DNA of 64,000 bases, from positions 19,840,001 through 19,904,000 of the forward strand of contig NC_045138.2 in the NCBI RefSeq assembly GCF_008831285.2. Direction: 5' to 3'. The notes below the pieces were generated by a model that was given only the letters and a program-made list of their open reading frames with translations, had not been told where the DNA came from and did not search any database. Position 1 is the first letter of the stretch. Each line of letters starts with the position of its first letter. Positions 35,674 to 48,705 of the stretch are shown piece by piece. The stretch comes from Nymphaea colorata (Eukaryota). Made by a program: the position numbers and the translations under genes.

Positions 35674-36045
35674 GTTAAAGCCAGTCTTTGGTCAGAGTAA
35701 TGGAGATGAACACATACAGACACAATCTCTCTGATGCATTGCTGTGGATGCGAATCAACTAGCTGATAGAATCATGGATTTTTCTTTCAAGAAAAAAGAA
35801 AGCTCATTTGACACGGACGAGCACACGCATTGTGTCCCCTAGCCGGCTAAAAGACAATAATTTCACTGAATTTGATTGCATAAACGTCAACAATGTTTTT
35901 AACTTGTCAAAAATATTCATGCTTCCGCTCATATTTATGAAAATAATCACGAGACTTTGGACCCGCTGGCTTTTTATGCATGGCAAGTCACCGTTTTTAA
36001 ACAACCAAATATGCGAAAACTATTATTTGTTAACCAAGTCATGCC
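35180..36045. repeat. Dispersed direct duplication (~35180-35416 and ~35755-36045)
   Basis: Shared collinear blocks ATCAACTAGC, ATCATGGATTT, GACAATAATTTCACTGAATTTGATTGCA and AAAACTATTATTTGTTAAC(C)AAGTCATGC. Confidence 0.85.
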
Positions 36046-36048
36046 GGC

Positions 36049-36480
36049 TAGAGCTGCACACTAGCCAAGTCGAGAGCTTGGCCAGCTCGAGCTTGACTCG
36101 GGTAAAAAAAGCTCGAGCCTGAGCTCGGCTCAAACTCGAGTCGAGCGCCATATAGAAAGACTGAGCTTGACTTGACTACACAAAATCGAATTCTAACATG
36201 ACTCGTTTAACCTATTTAACTCGTATAAACATTAACTTATTTAACTCGTGTAAGCATTAACTCCTCTAAGCGTTTAACTTGTGTAGCTTGTGAAAATTTG
36301 TTTTTGCCCTAAAAGTTAAAACCAGTGATTCATCAGTAAATCAGTTTTGACAATATTATATAAAGTACCAGTTTACGAATCGAGTAGAGTATAAACGAGC
36401 CGAGTTCCTGAATCTCGAACTCGACTCGTTTATCATTTTGAGTATCTTTGTAAACTCAAACTCTGCTAATTTATAAACAA
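36049..36480. mobile_element. Degenerate hAT-like MITE with CGAGCT/CTCGAG subrepeats
   Basis: Begins TAGAGCTGCAC and carries many TCGAGC/ACTCG motifs. Relatives occur at ~37418-37650, ~58710-59166 and ~60520-60790. Confidence 0.55.
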
Positions 36481-36599
36481 CTCATGGCAAACCCATTTGT
36501 TGTGCAAGCACAAGTCCACTGCAGCTATGCAACAATTTCCATAAATGAAATCACTATTGCATTTCCTCTGTAAGTGTTTTCAGTGGAATTAGGTGAGCA

Positions 36600-36806
36600 A
36601 GAAGATCAATCCCACCATACGAGTGAGAGCCGAAACCCTCTCCCCTCTTCTTCTTGCCTCCCGGATCCAGAACTAAGCCTATACTCGGCAATGGGCTCTC
36701 CATATGCTGTAACTTGTACATATAAACCTATTCTCCTTTACGGTATAAGAGCATAGCCTCCATAGATCGAACTCGAGACGTGTCACATAACAAGTCCAAC
36801 CCGTTG
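36600..36806 (-). mobile_element. Possible degenerate tRNA-derived SINE
   Basis: The minus strand has a B-box-like GAGTTCGATC preceded by CTTGTTATGTGACACGTCTC. The layout loosely resembles plant SINEs. No TSD seen. Confidence 0.3.
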
Positions 36807-37881
36807 GATTTTTGGAACACCTCTCTAAGAAAAAATCTTCAAATAAAACCACCAATAGTGAAAGTTGTCAGGAGATAGGAACAAATAAATTAATTGCAGC
36901 AATAAAAGCAGGCTGCAAACTGAAGCATAGATGAAGGCAAACAACCAAAAAGTATTTCATGTTAAGATGGTCCACACAATCTAAACCCTGGCAAGATGTT
37001 CTCAAGACTATATATATTATTTCATTTAGATGAATAAGCTATTTCTCTCTCTTCTCCTGGAAAAAACTTGAAGAAACATTGTTTGAATCTCTTCAACTAG
37101 AAGTTAACAACAGCCACACGTTTTTGTGTGTAGTTTTCTCAGGAAATAGATGTCTTCTAGAGCAGCTTGTGCCGGAATGGTAGGGAAGAGGTAAGTTGGC
37201 CAATAAGAGATGGATCTAAGGTAACATCGTGGACTAATAAGTGGAAGTGGAACTGTTCCTTGTTTAATGATATTTCCTATAGTGAACTCAGCAGATTACT
37301 GCCAACTTGTTGTACTTACTGTTTAAAGAAGCCTATTCTGCTCTCTCAATCAGGGCCGGCGTTCAAAATTTTTAACAGGGTTGGACCTGTTCAAGATATC
37401 CTCTCTATATAACTCAATAGGGTTGTTCAACGAATGGAGCCTCAAACTGACCCAAGCTTGACTCTTAAACAAACGAGCCGAGTTCGAGTCAAAAAATGAA
37501 CTCGTTTTATTTAATGATTGAGCCTCGAACTCACCCAGTGAAACTCTACTCTTTAATAAGCAAGCCGAGTTGGAGTCAAAAAATGAACTCGCTTTATTTA
37601 ATGAGTCGAGCTTGAGTTAGAGAGTCAACTCGGTTAAACTCGATTAAGGTTATGGAGAAAGAATAAATAAAAATTATTTCCCTTTTTAATCACAGGTAAA
37701 AAAGTTATCATAATCGTCTTCGTCAAGGTTGTCAACCCACACGTTCAACCATGAATGTCTTAACTTTATAGCAAAAAGATGATTTTCATATACAGTTCGG
37801 CTAAGCTCCAGCCTTAGCTTGAAGGGATACCTCAAAGAGACCAAAGGCCCTTTCTTTTTTCTTCTGCCTTAAGGGTTCAAG

Positions 37882-38267
37882 TAAGGCTGGACACCGGGTT
37901 GGGCTGTCGGAGCATACCCGACACCTGGCCCGACTCGGGCCCAGAAAAAGAGTTATTGGGCCGGTCTGAAATGTTATCGGGCCAGCCTGGGTGGGCCCGA
38001 TAACAGTTTTTTAATATATTTATTATTATTATTTTATATATAAGTATCATATTTTTATTATAACTTTAATATTTATATATTATTTTATATTAAAATATAT
38101 ATATTATAATTCAACTGGGCCGAGGTCAGGCCTGGGTTTCAGTTGTCAAGCTGGCCCGAGCCTGACTTCTTATTGGGCCTGGCCGGGCCGAGGTCAGGCC
38201 TGGGTTTCAGTTGTCAAGCTGGCGCCTGACTTCTTATTGGGCGTGGCCGGGCCGATGCCTAGGCTTA
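37882..38267. mobile_element. hAT-type MITE with internal tandem duplication
   Basis: Ends TAAGGCTGGACACCGG / GATGCCTAGGCTTA. Flanks GGTTCAAG/GATTTAAG (6/8 TSD). A ~65-68-bp unit is repeated at ~38117 and ~38185. Same family as 56785-57121. Confidence 0.82.
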
Positions 38268-38388
38268 GATTTAAGTTTGCTTTGGGACCTCCGTGGAGAG
38301 CTGGACACCCGTCAACTATAACAACAGATTTGGGACGTGAGCGGAGAGAGAAACATCTATCAATTAAAATAAAGATTTGTACGTAGGG

Positions 38389-40165
38389 GCCCGTTTGATG
38401 GGCAGGTGAAAATTTAACGCGGTAAATTTACCGTGGTAAATTTTTTTGGAAAAATTTACAGGTTGAAATTTCTCCCTCTTCCAATTTGAAGTCGTGTTTG
38501 ATGCACAAGAAGAATTTACCGTGGTAAATTTAACCATGTTTGATGCACAAGAAGAATTTAACCTGGTAAATTTAAAAATTGAACTTGGTAAATATTGTTT
38601 TTTTTTGTGTCTTCTCCTCGCCAAATATGACGTGCAAAGAAATTGGAAGATGATCTTCCAAAACACAGTTAAAACCATAACATCCTACACAGTTTCAAAC
38701 TTGGAGCATATTCTAAACCAATTTCCAGAGAATCAAGATCCTTTGTTGAACGTTAATGTAGAATACATATTCATTCATGAATCAAAGTCCAGAAACAGTA
38801 ATTCTTCAACCTAGGCCATCAAAATTAACTGAACATACAATTCACAAACTGGCAAATATAACGAGCTCAGCGGAGGAAAATCTCAAACAAATGGACTCGT
38901 TTATTAGGCTAAGAGAGATCAAGAGAGCACGTTTAATTTACACCAAAAAGACAACTAGAAAGGAATGACAACATATATCAAATTTATTACCCAATCAAGC
39001 TTTCCTATCATACGAGCACCACTTGCCCACAATCACCTACGAGCACAACACAACTCGCCTAGAATAACAAGCTTCTCAATTCCAGTAACTAAGCAAGCGA
39101 GAAAACCATCAAAATGGAGACAAAATCCAGCCAAAAAAAACACCAATACATCTACTAAATTGCACATCTCAGCAATCTAAATGAAGCAAAAAATGAAGAC
39201 GAAGTAAATCACTACATCCATGAAGAAGCTCCATAAACAGAACCCAAGTTGATCTATTCGACAATCAATCACAAAAAAAAGTTTACGATTTTGATCGATC
39301 TCCATAAACTAAGAACAAAATTCATGCACTAAACAGCAAAACAATAGAGGCAACAAGCAAATTCCGTCCTTAAAAAGACCTAGATCACCATTTTCTAACC
39401 AAAAAAGACCGTGGATGTCGAAATGGTGGACTGTGGTGGCTCGCAGCTACAGGGCATGCACCGTTTTGTGAAGCGATGGCGGTGGTGGTGGCGGACCGAC
39501 CGTGCAGCGACAGTGGATGTCGGATGGCAAACGGCAAGTCGGTGATGACGGCAATGTCAACTCGCACAACACTTTTTCTCTCTCTGCTTGACTCGAATGG
39601 AATCCTGGGGAGCGGACGATCGAGAAGAAGGAAGAAAAGGCGAGGGAATCGAATGAGCGGTTGCCCAATGCCCACTCATACAAAGTGCATGACCCCCAAA
39701 GCAAAACAGCAGGAAATGCGGAAGAATAAGAATGAGATGATGTTGGTGAGTAAGAAGGAAAGGGGAAAAGGAAGAAGCTGCACGATGGGAAAAGGAGATA
39801 TCGGTCCTCCTCCTCCATTTAGGGCATCAGAAGAAGGGAGAAAGAGAGGGAATCAGAGGGAGAAAGAGAAAAAGTTTACCGGCAGTGGAGGGGAGAGGCA
39901 GCGGTGACGGCGGTGCGACCACTTTGGGGCGATGTGAGAAGGCTCGAGGGAGGAAGAGAGGTGTGATGTGAGCTGCGGAAGGAGGTAGTGCGCTGAGGAG
40001 GGAAGTCGAGCGCCCGAAACAACGAGCGGGTGAAATTTTCACCCGCTCAAAAGTCCGAGCTCCGACCTCGGACTTTGTAGCGGGTGGAATTCCACCCGCT
40101 CAAATTTCACCCGCCCGCACCAATTTTCCCTCCCCTGGTGGATTTCAACCGCCCATCAAACGGGC
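38389..40165. mobile_element. Non-autonomous PIF/Harbinger-like element, ~1.78 kb
   Basis: Perfect 15-bp TIR GCCCGTTTGATGGGC / GCCCATCAAACGGGC. Subterminal GGT(G/A)AATTT(T)(C/A)CC palindromic repeats at both ends. No transposase ORF, and the outermost bases and TSD are eroded. Confidence 0.8.
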
Positions 40166-40321
40166 AGAGAATCAAACCTCAACCATCAACCACCAAACTG
40201 AGAAGAAATGGGTTGGTGATGTTTACTTTCTTCTAGAACATTGGTGCCTTCCTTGAAGTAGGAATAGTCCGACATCACTCACTACTAGTCATCTTGTCAT
40301 TGGAAAGCTATATTTGAAGTT

Positions 40322-40662
40322 CTATAGCTACAGAAAACGTATTATTCAAAAAACGCATTAAAAGCATCAAAAACTGGTTAACTGAATAAAACATGAAAAA
40401 ATGTGTTTTTTTTTCGCATAAAAAATAAAATGTGTTTTTTCAAATTTTCACGTTTTTCCAGTTTTGAGTTACCACATTTTTATTTCCACATTTTCGCATT
40501 TTGTTTGTAAGATTGAGGCCAACTTTTTTTTTTATTGCTGAAAGATGAATTGTTTAAAATTTGCCGAATTTCCTCCTTTTTTTCTGTAAAAAACAACTTT
40601 CATGTTTTATGCCCATATAAAACCTCATCATTTAAAATTTGAAAACGACATTTGTGACTAAT
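40322..40662. mobile_element. Short degenerate relative of the 16650-17807 TIR element
   Basis: Right end TTTGTGACTA, degenerate left end CTATAGCTACAGAAAACGT, and A-rich then T-rich halves. Confidence 0.5.
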
Positions 40663-41858
40663 GATATACAATCGACAATAACTTAGGATCCTTCAGGAAA
40701 CTTCAATCTCCATTCCTATACCATTTGATATGGAATCTGAGCAAGAAGAGGCGCTTATTTACAGAGCTGCGAGACTGTACACTAATTTAAATCTCATTTA
40801 CGTGCAATAGTTCCTTGAATACTCTTTGATTGTGCCGTCGGTGCCTACAGCTTCTACACATAGCACTGTTCAAATGAGCGCCTACTTTGTGAAGATTTGG
40901 GTCCCCCAAATCTTCAACTCGCCAAGATGATCTGTACTTAAAATACATATTCTTCATACATATTCTTCTGCATGCGGTTGGTGACAGCACTCAATTTTTT
41001 TTTTTTTAATTCGTGGAGTAATGGTGGTTGGCGATATGTAAAGCCACCTCCGTTCTCCCCGCCCCCAAGATTTAGAGCAGCTTCGGGACCTAATTGATTT
41101 TATAGTACACCTTTCAACTCAGTGTCGTGCATGTCACCGTTTACGGTTCAAAAAAATAGCACTCAAAAAAATTGAACTCAAGACATGTTGTCAACACGAC
41201 ACTCAAGCCAACCTTCTACGCCCTCGGACAAATTTGTGGAGCACTAAAAACCTACATACAGACCATGCACATTCATATTAGTCCATTTTACATATAAGAA
41301 AACAATTCGGCCTGATAAAATTATATATATATATATATATGTTCTTATTGTTTCATGTGAATCCCTTACTTGGATATCTTTCTTGTAGAGCTTTTGCAAA
41401 AGCATGGCATCCATTTAAATGGTTCATTATGGTTTATAAGCACTTAAGTTAATTCTCTTAGCCTTACATGCATTCTTGTTTCTCACTGCTAGACCGCATT
41501 TAGAGTGTAGTCCTCCAATAATATATTTAAATTCTTTATGGACCACGTGATTGCATGATTAGTTGTGGCTCATCTATTTTTTTTTACTTGATGCATATGC
41601 CATCTTCACAAGGCATAGCCACTTAAACAATGCCTATCAACATCATATTTATACAAAATGGTTTATGAACTCCTAGATTCAATAAGTTTTCCTGCTTCAA
41701 ATTCGATCAAAATTATGTGCCGGTGTATATTGGATCTTATCCAAAATTTCATTTATACCAATATCAGGGCCAAACTTTTATATTCTGACACGAATCTGCT
41801 GGGAGATGAGACTCACCTCCCTTTTATTAAGGAAAAACCAAGAATTTCAGTGTCATGA

Positions 41859-42130
41859 GGGGGTGTTTGGCAATACGAATATTAACACAATGATGTATGA
41901 ATTTTTCTTAAAGATTGGGGCACATTAGAATACTGCATTAATCCAGTGTTGCATGAATTTGTCCGAATTTTTAGCACAGGTACATGTAACATTATGTTAG
42001 TGTTCCTTTTGCCAAACCCCGATAAAATTCATTATTTGACATGGATTCATGGAGCAATGCATTCCAGGGTTCCGCAAATTTTCCCTATTCATCCAACACT
42101 ATGTTAGCGTTTCTATTGCCAAACACCCGC
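41859..42130. mobile_element. Tourist/Harbinger-type MITE
   Basis: TIR GGGTGTTTGGCAATA..ATTAACA / TGTTAGCGTTTCTATTGCCAAACACCC, with an extra internal right-end copy at ~42000-42020. A relative lies at ~30655-31027. Confidence 0.7.
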
Positions 42131-43192
42131 AAACAACATTATTTGAAACTTTCGTAAGTACAATCCTTTCAAGTGTCTTCTAACTCACTATTAATTTCAA
42201 GTACAAAGGCCCCCATTTTGGATTACTTTTTCTGGCTTTCTACAGTCAAAATAAAGTTAAAATGATCAGGATTTTCAAAGTTCTATAAAAAGATGTTACA
42301 AAACTGGGTTTTGAGTAATGAGTTTTATGCAAAATCAGGTTCTGTTTGTGAAGTCCAATCGGGCCTAAAATCTTCATTATGTGCTCCCATATTTCTCTAA
42401 AACATTGAAAAAAGCAACATTAGGTGCTTAGAACATTAAAATCCACGCACAAAAAGAAATAAGTTGGTCTAAAAGCTAGTAAAGTAACAAACGGAGTGCA
42501 CATAAAAACATATGATAGTGTAATAAGTACCGTGGTGATCGATGCATAAAATATTAAGATGTTGAAACAGGTGGCAGTTTATGCATGTGTTCATTTTAAA
42601 ATCTCTAGGTTCATTGATCTCAACATCCGAAAGATCACATGATCTAGATGTTGAAACTAACAAAGCGACCACATCAATAAGACATTATTTAAAGCGAAAA
42701 AACTTAGAGATTTATAAGTATAGTTCATTATACTCTACATATACAGAAACTACAAACTTATCCAAAAGGACAACAAAACTATCTAGTTGAATCAATCTAA
42801 TCAAATAAATTCGTATAATATATTCCAAATATAGATTTTGAAGGCAAAAAATTCCAATCGACCTTCTGATATAAGCTACAAATTTGGCCTCCTGCGAGTC
42901 CCACGGTTGATTTTCCAAGGAATTCCAGGTTCTGGTGTCTAGAATGAAAGTTGTCTTGGTTGCAGAGGTGCTGAAAGGTTTTAATTTCATATAGGCCACT
43001 GGAAGTTATCTCGATCAAAATTCTGCCATTCTTTGTATTCTTTCATCAAAAGTAATATGGATCAAAAAATTTGTTGCTACATCCATGACAGAACGAGATA
43101 AGTTGGAACATAGTGGAGATGTGAAGGCAGGCCTCGTACCTTGGAAGGATGAAGGAAAGGGGAGGATCTTTTGCTCTCTTGTTGGATCTGAT

Positions 43193-44286
43193 ACTCCCCC
43201 TCAGGTTGGCTGCCCTTTATCATACAGGCCCTACTTGACTGTAACGTTGTTGAATGCTTCTCTACTCAATGCCTTGGTGAGAACATCTGTTAATTGTTGT
43301 TTTGGTGAGTCATACTTGATTGATTTTTTTCTTCTTATAAAGTGGTAGCCCAGTTCGATATGTTTTGTCCTCTAGTCGAAAACCGGATTACTCCATATGT
43401 GCATTCCAGCTTTACTGTCACACTTGATTTTCATACTGCCATGTACGTGTCTTCAAATTCATTTGGATTTACATTTTCCTTCGTTTATGCTTTGAATGCT
43501 AAACGTTTTTTATTTTGAACGCGTGTAGTTTTCGCTAAATTCTCGCCAATCATTACCTTTAGCCTTGTTTCCTCTCTTTTTGAACTATGATGCAGACATT
43601 GTTAGTAGACGACATGAGAGATGCCATTAGTATTTGATTTCGAAGATTGTCACAGCCTTGCCTAAAGGCCAGCAAGAAGCTTGAAGGTTTTGTCTTCTTC
43701 TGAGTGCATCCTTTAGACCTATAATATCTAACATGAGTGCATGATGCTGCATCAACTCGTCGCACATCCCTTTGAAACCGCACAGATATACGTGGAAAGG
43801 GCGATCTCCCTTAGCGAGCTTGGACATGTCATGTTGAAGCTGATACGCTCGTGACAGATTTTGCTTCTCCCCGTAGATCTCTGCAAGGGAGTCTCCTTAC
43901 TCTTTAGCTGAGTCTAGAAATAGAAAACCTTCTGCTATTACAGGCTCCATTGAGTTGAAGAGCCACGACATAATGATTCGGTCGTTGGCATCCCACTCCG
44001 CATAGTTGAGATCTTCTTTTGCTAGAGGTCAGATCTTTCCATTCACATATCCCAGCTTCAATTTCCTGCACAGATATAGACTGGCTGATTTTGCCCATAC
44101 GACATAGTTCACACTGTTCAATGACATCGTGATGATCTTCAGTGAAGGATCTGGTTCTTTTACTATTGCCTTTACATTCACCCATATTCTCTGGTTCATT
44201 GATGATGTACCTTCAGATTCCACCAACCTCACGCACTTTTGACGTTGTGGATATCAGCTTCAATTATTGCTTGGCTGTGATACCAT
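43193..44286 (-). mobile_element. Internally deleted, degenerate copia remnant
   Basis: PBS-like TGGTATCACAGC (minus, ~44275-44286). Gag N-terminal motif ITMSLNSVNYVVWAKSASLYLCRKLKLGYVNG. RNase H C-terminal remnant (QLTDVLTKAL-like) and PPT-like TGAGGGGGAG at ~43193-43203. The flanks do not form matching LTRs. Confidence 0.72.
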
Positions 44287-45796
44287 ATCAATAGACAGCA
44301 TAAGCTCTAGAATCTGCAGAAGAGGAGGAAGCGTAACAGAGGATTTGAGGAAGAAGACAAGGGAAACTTGCGGGTGAAGAATATTGCATTTGTTCAGTGA
44401 ATAATCGAGTGACTACATTATAGATATTTACAGAAGATCACAGTGGGATACAGCAGGTTCACACTAAGTTCTTTACGGTTACAACCTGTATATAACCTCA
44501 CGTATTTATCAGCATCATCTGATAAAGAAAGCTTGCCTTGAAACTCGACAACTACATGAAGAGGAAAAGAAACTGTTTGATGCTTGGAAATACATGGGCC
44601 AATATGCAGCAGCAATAATCTGGAATACAGGGGACAGACGCTCTGGCCTCATAAAGCTAAAAGGATATTGAATTTGGAGGAACGAAACGCAGAGCTGTGC
44701 AATCTAACATTTATAGAAGCCCAAGAAGGAGCAGATCGCGTTGAGATGAGCCTTATGTGCACCTGGTTAGAGTCCAGTCAGGATAGGATATTGATCTCGG
44801 AATATCAACTCTACTGGAGGATAGACCACCAACCATTTATTAGCAAAAAATAACGTACAAAAATTGCTATTCAAGGGATGGAAGCACGATGGGCAGGCAT
44901 TTACATAGATGAAAGGACAGCAACAGTATTGAGGGTGTGGTTGATTTGGAGAATAGAAAAACCAATGCTGACTTCCTAAAGATTATGCGATCTGGATTGG
45001 CAAGAAGCACTATCTTCCAGAATTCTCCACAGCCGACGAAGCCAAAATTTGTTGTTAAAAGCCAAAAAGATGTTCATGTCAGACCTGTCATGAAAATGAC
45101 ATAATGACTTCATCCAACATGTCTAAACCAGCTGTAGAGTCTTTGGAACGTTCTAGTTTTGTTACTGCCGTGCCTAAAAGCAAATACCACCCACCTCCCT
45201 ACTCGCATGGCCACCTGAATACAAAGGTCCTTATCTGGAATCCTCGGCCGCTCATCCACCACATAAGGAGTAGCTAACCACGCCTCAAACTCCTTGCAAT
45301 CCCTGAAATTTTCCTTGAACCTGAGCATAAAGCAATCAATGCAGTGTGCCCAGATTTTGGTACCTATGTGTTCAAGCCGAGCCGTCTCTCCACCATGTAA
45401 TCAACCTAGGGTTTATAGCCATCCAAAACCTCTAGATTGCAGTCTGGAAGCAAATTCACCAGCATCGCATCAGCCATCCAGTGGCGGAGCCAGCGTGGGG
45501 CAGGCGTGGGCGCCTGCCCACGCCAGCCAAAGAAAGCTACATGTCAAATGGAGCCTCAACCCAGCCTCACGCCCGCCCACGCCAAAACAGATCGGGTCTC
45601 AGCCGTTCACAGCGATCCAGTTCCAGAAAACATAAAACAGTCACTCGCCCATTGGAATTTCACCCAAAAGTAGAAACTCAGACGAAAAGGTTGCTGTAGA
45701 TAAGACTCGGATGGCATCAGGTGTTTTTCATTTCTGTTGGTGGGGAAATTTTGTTTTAAGGCAGGGGCCTTTTCTTCTTAAATTCGCCAGAAAATG

Positions 45797-45850
45797 TCTC
45801 TGTTTCCCAAGATATTTGATGCGTCTCTGTTTCCTAAGATATTTGATGCA
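45797..45850. repeat. 27-bp tandem duplication
   Basis: GTCTCTGTTTCC(C/T)AAGATATTTGATGC occurs twice. Confidence 0.85.
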
Positions 45851-47786
45851 AACATGAGTTGCCCTAACTTTGCCAAATATGAACCCCAGTCCCCATATCA
45901 TTAGTCATTTACCTTAAGCATCTTACAGATTTGGATGTCAACTGCTCAATAGACATCTTACAGTATGATGTCTGATTTCTGCAAGTAACATCATAAAAAA
46001 GACAGTATGCCCACTGCTCAATAGACATTGTACAGGTTTAATTTTAAAAATCCTCAAGAAACTTCCTCTGTTCTACGACTGACTTCACGTTTGATCTATA
46101 GATTCCCATGTGGCATCTGATGTGTGGATATTTAATCTCTTATTCATGCAATCCTTTAACTATGGTCATTCGACCAAAAAATGCAACCCAAATGGCTTTT
46201 GACATGATATATGAAATTTGTTATTGTAGAAATGAAAAGAATGATGGTTAACGACACACACATATGATAAGGATGCCAGCATCATGGTAAGGATCGTTTG
46301 GAAAGGATCATGGCAAAAATCAAGGTGATGGATTATAGAAATAGTTACAGCAAAAATCAAGGAACGGTTTTGTTGATAATGAATATCTTGTAACAACTCC
46401 TTAAAATAAGGAGTTATCTCATCTGTAATGCCTATATAAGGGATTGACATACTTTGTCAATGTCAAGGCCGATGGCCTTCCGTGGGTAAAGAAAATATGC
46501 TCCACGTTAATCTCCTAAGTTCTTTTATGTTATTGTTTTATGTTTTTCAACAAGAAATATACTTTGCAGTTGTCTGTTAATGAAATGAAAATCAATTTTA
46601 ATATGTTTGATCTTGCTATGTTATAAAGGCAATGCTATTATGCACCAAGGATATCTTTTTTCATCATAAAGTGAGTAGAGTCTGATAAGGTATAAAGCAC
46701 ATTCAAGAGTAGTTGAATCAAAGTAGTTCAGTTGAAATTTTTTTTGACAAACTATGTACTAGTGCCCCATAGCCAAAAAATTTTGGCTCCGCCAGTGCAG
46801 CCATCCTTTCTTAGAACGAGCGGAGTACCACCACTTGCATGCAGTCTAAGCACGGACGGAACTATTGCACCTTTTACTAAAGATATTGATCCCATCTTTC
46901 ATAATTTCCACCAACAAAGGCTTGGAAAGGATGGCTGCTGGTTTCAGATGCTTTCCAGCTAAAGTGGCGTCTCATCACTCGAAAACAGAAAACCCATCTT
47001 TTCAACAGGTCCTCAGTTGATGTGCGGTAACCTTGTTCCAAATAAACGACATAAACAGTCCATGCATAGACAAGGCGTGGGACAATGCTCTCATGTCTCC
47101 TCTGCTGCTTTAGATCTGTATATCTTGTTTCTAGTTTTTGTATTATTTGTACGCTGTCAAGTTTTAGTCTGCAATTACCCCATTGTTATGTGCAGCCTCA
47201 GAGCCTCGTTCTTGTAAGGGTGATGGGCGGCATCCTTTCTTCTTCTTTCACGTAAACATTGTTTTCTGACAAACGAAAATCAGGAGCTGTCCTCCCAGTA
47301 TTTCCTTATGGAAGACGAACAGTTATTTGCAGTAACTGGAGGGTTCTCCTCCCTGTCCATGAACTCCCCATTTTCCAACGCTCCCAAGTAGAGCCTTACA
47401 ATGGACTCTTGATGTACTAACTGCGCATCGTCTGATGTGGTGATCAACATGCTAATAACGCCAACTTCAATTGCAAATGGTTTTTAAGGAAATGCAGCAT
47501 TGTGGAGAGTTCTGATACACAGAGCACTCCCACAACGACCATGAAAGGTAGTTGATTTTGAGGAATCCAATGCAAGTGTTCACCATGAACAGTCAGATAT
47601 GGGAATAACGATATGCATCTCGATTACATAGTTTTCTGGTCCAATGTTCCGAGTGAGCAGGGGCGTTTCACTGCGCTGAAAAGAACCGTTTTCTGATTCA
47701 ATGTTCCGAGTGAACAGTGGAGTCCCACCTACCAGCAAAGAACCACTTTCAATACCTTGACAGTTTTCGAAATACCGCCCTATTGT

Positions 47787-48021
47787 GCTTCAACTTGTAT
47801 TTGCTTCGACAAGTATTTGCTTCAACTTGTATTGCATTGAAAACTTATAATGGCATTAAAAACTTATAATGAAGACTGACCACCTTCAAACTGTATTTGC
47901 TTCAACTTGTTTTGTATTGAAAACTTGTAATGAAGACTGACCACATTCAACTTGGATTTGCTTCAACTGTATTTGCTTCAACTTGTATTGCATCGAAAAC
48001 TTGAAATGAAAACCGACCACC
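47787..48021. repeat. Compound minisatellite (three ~60-80-bp units)
   Basis: Units of (GTATTTGCTTCAACTT)1-3 + GTATTGCATTGAAAACTT.TAATGAAGACTGACCAC. Two 57-bp repeats (TTTTCTG..CAATGTTCCGAGTGA) precede them at ~47632 and ~47688. Confidence 0.85.
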
Positions 48022-48705
48022 TATCTACATGTAACCTCCTAGAAACAGAGACTTCGTTCACAATCCTAAACGAAACCACCATGAAGACCACTTCTGCGGT
48101 CAGCTGGGAACCAAAAGGCCTAGATGGAAGGAGCCAGGATCAGACTCCAGTAGCATGAGCGCAATTGCAGATTACGCGACGTCTCAATAAGAGCAAATCA
48201 ATGCACAAGAAGGGGGACAAATTTGTTTTCACTATATGATTAGTACAGCAGTGGAAACCGTGACAGGAAAAAATATACATGAGAAAAAGATGCCTCAGTT
48301 GGCAAGCAGCAAGCAGACTTGGGCTTAAATGAGATATTTACGGGATCATGATTTACAGAACTCCTTTGGGACCTAGGCTCAGAAACATCAGTATGGAATG
48401 ACTGGTTTCTCAGTTAATCGTTTTAAGACAACTCCTAACTATGAAGTTTCCTTCATCAACATTGGTCACAAAATTTCCTAGCATTAACTAGATCGCCTCT
48501 GAGAGAGTAAATAAACAACATGAAGCTCAAACAATTAAAAATATGAAGGCGAAAAAAACTGTTTACATGAATTAATAAAACGTGAAATTACAGAAGGAGA
48601 AAATCAGAAGAAAGAAAGGTAGTCGAAATCCTGACAAGTGCCTGCTGTTGTTAGCAAAGTCAATGCAGCCACCACATCAGTTGCTCGGTCACTCAGAACA
48701 CCACA

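Noticed and set aside
39385..39907. Overlapping 96-143-aa ORFs
   Set aside because: Low-complexity frames in GA/CT-rich TE interior, with no transposase or Myb motif.
44500..45700. Possible LINE RNase H or other retroelement remnant
   Set aside because: No diagnostic motif can be identified with confidence.
47630..48021. CRISPR-like repeat-spacer appearance
   Set aside because: Eukaryotic context, degenerate nested units, no unique equal-length spacers and no cas genes. It is a minisatellite.
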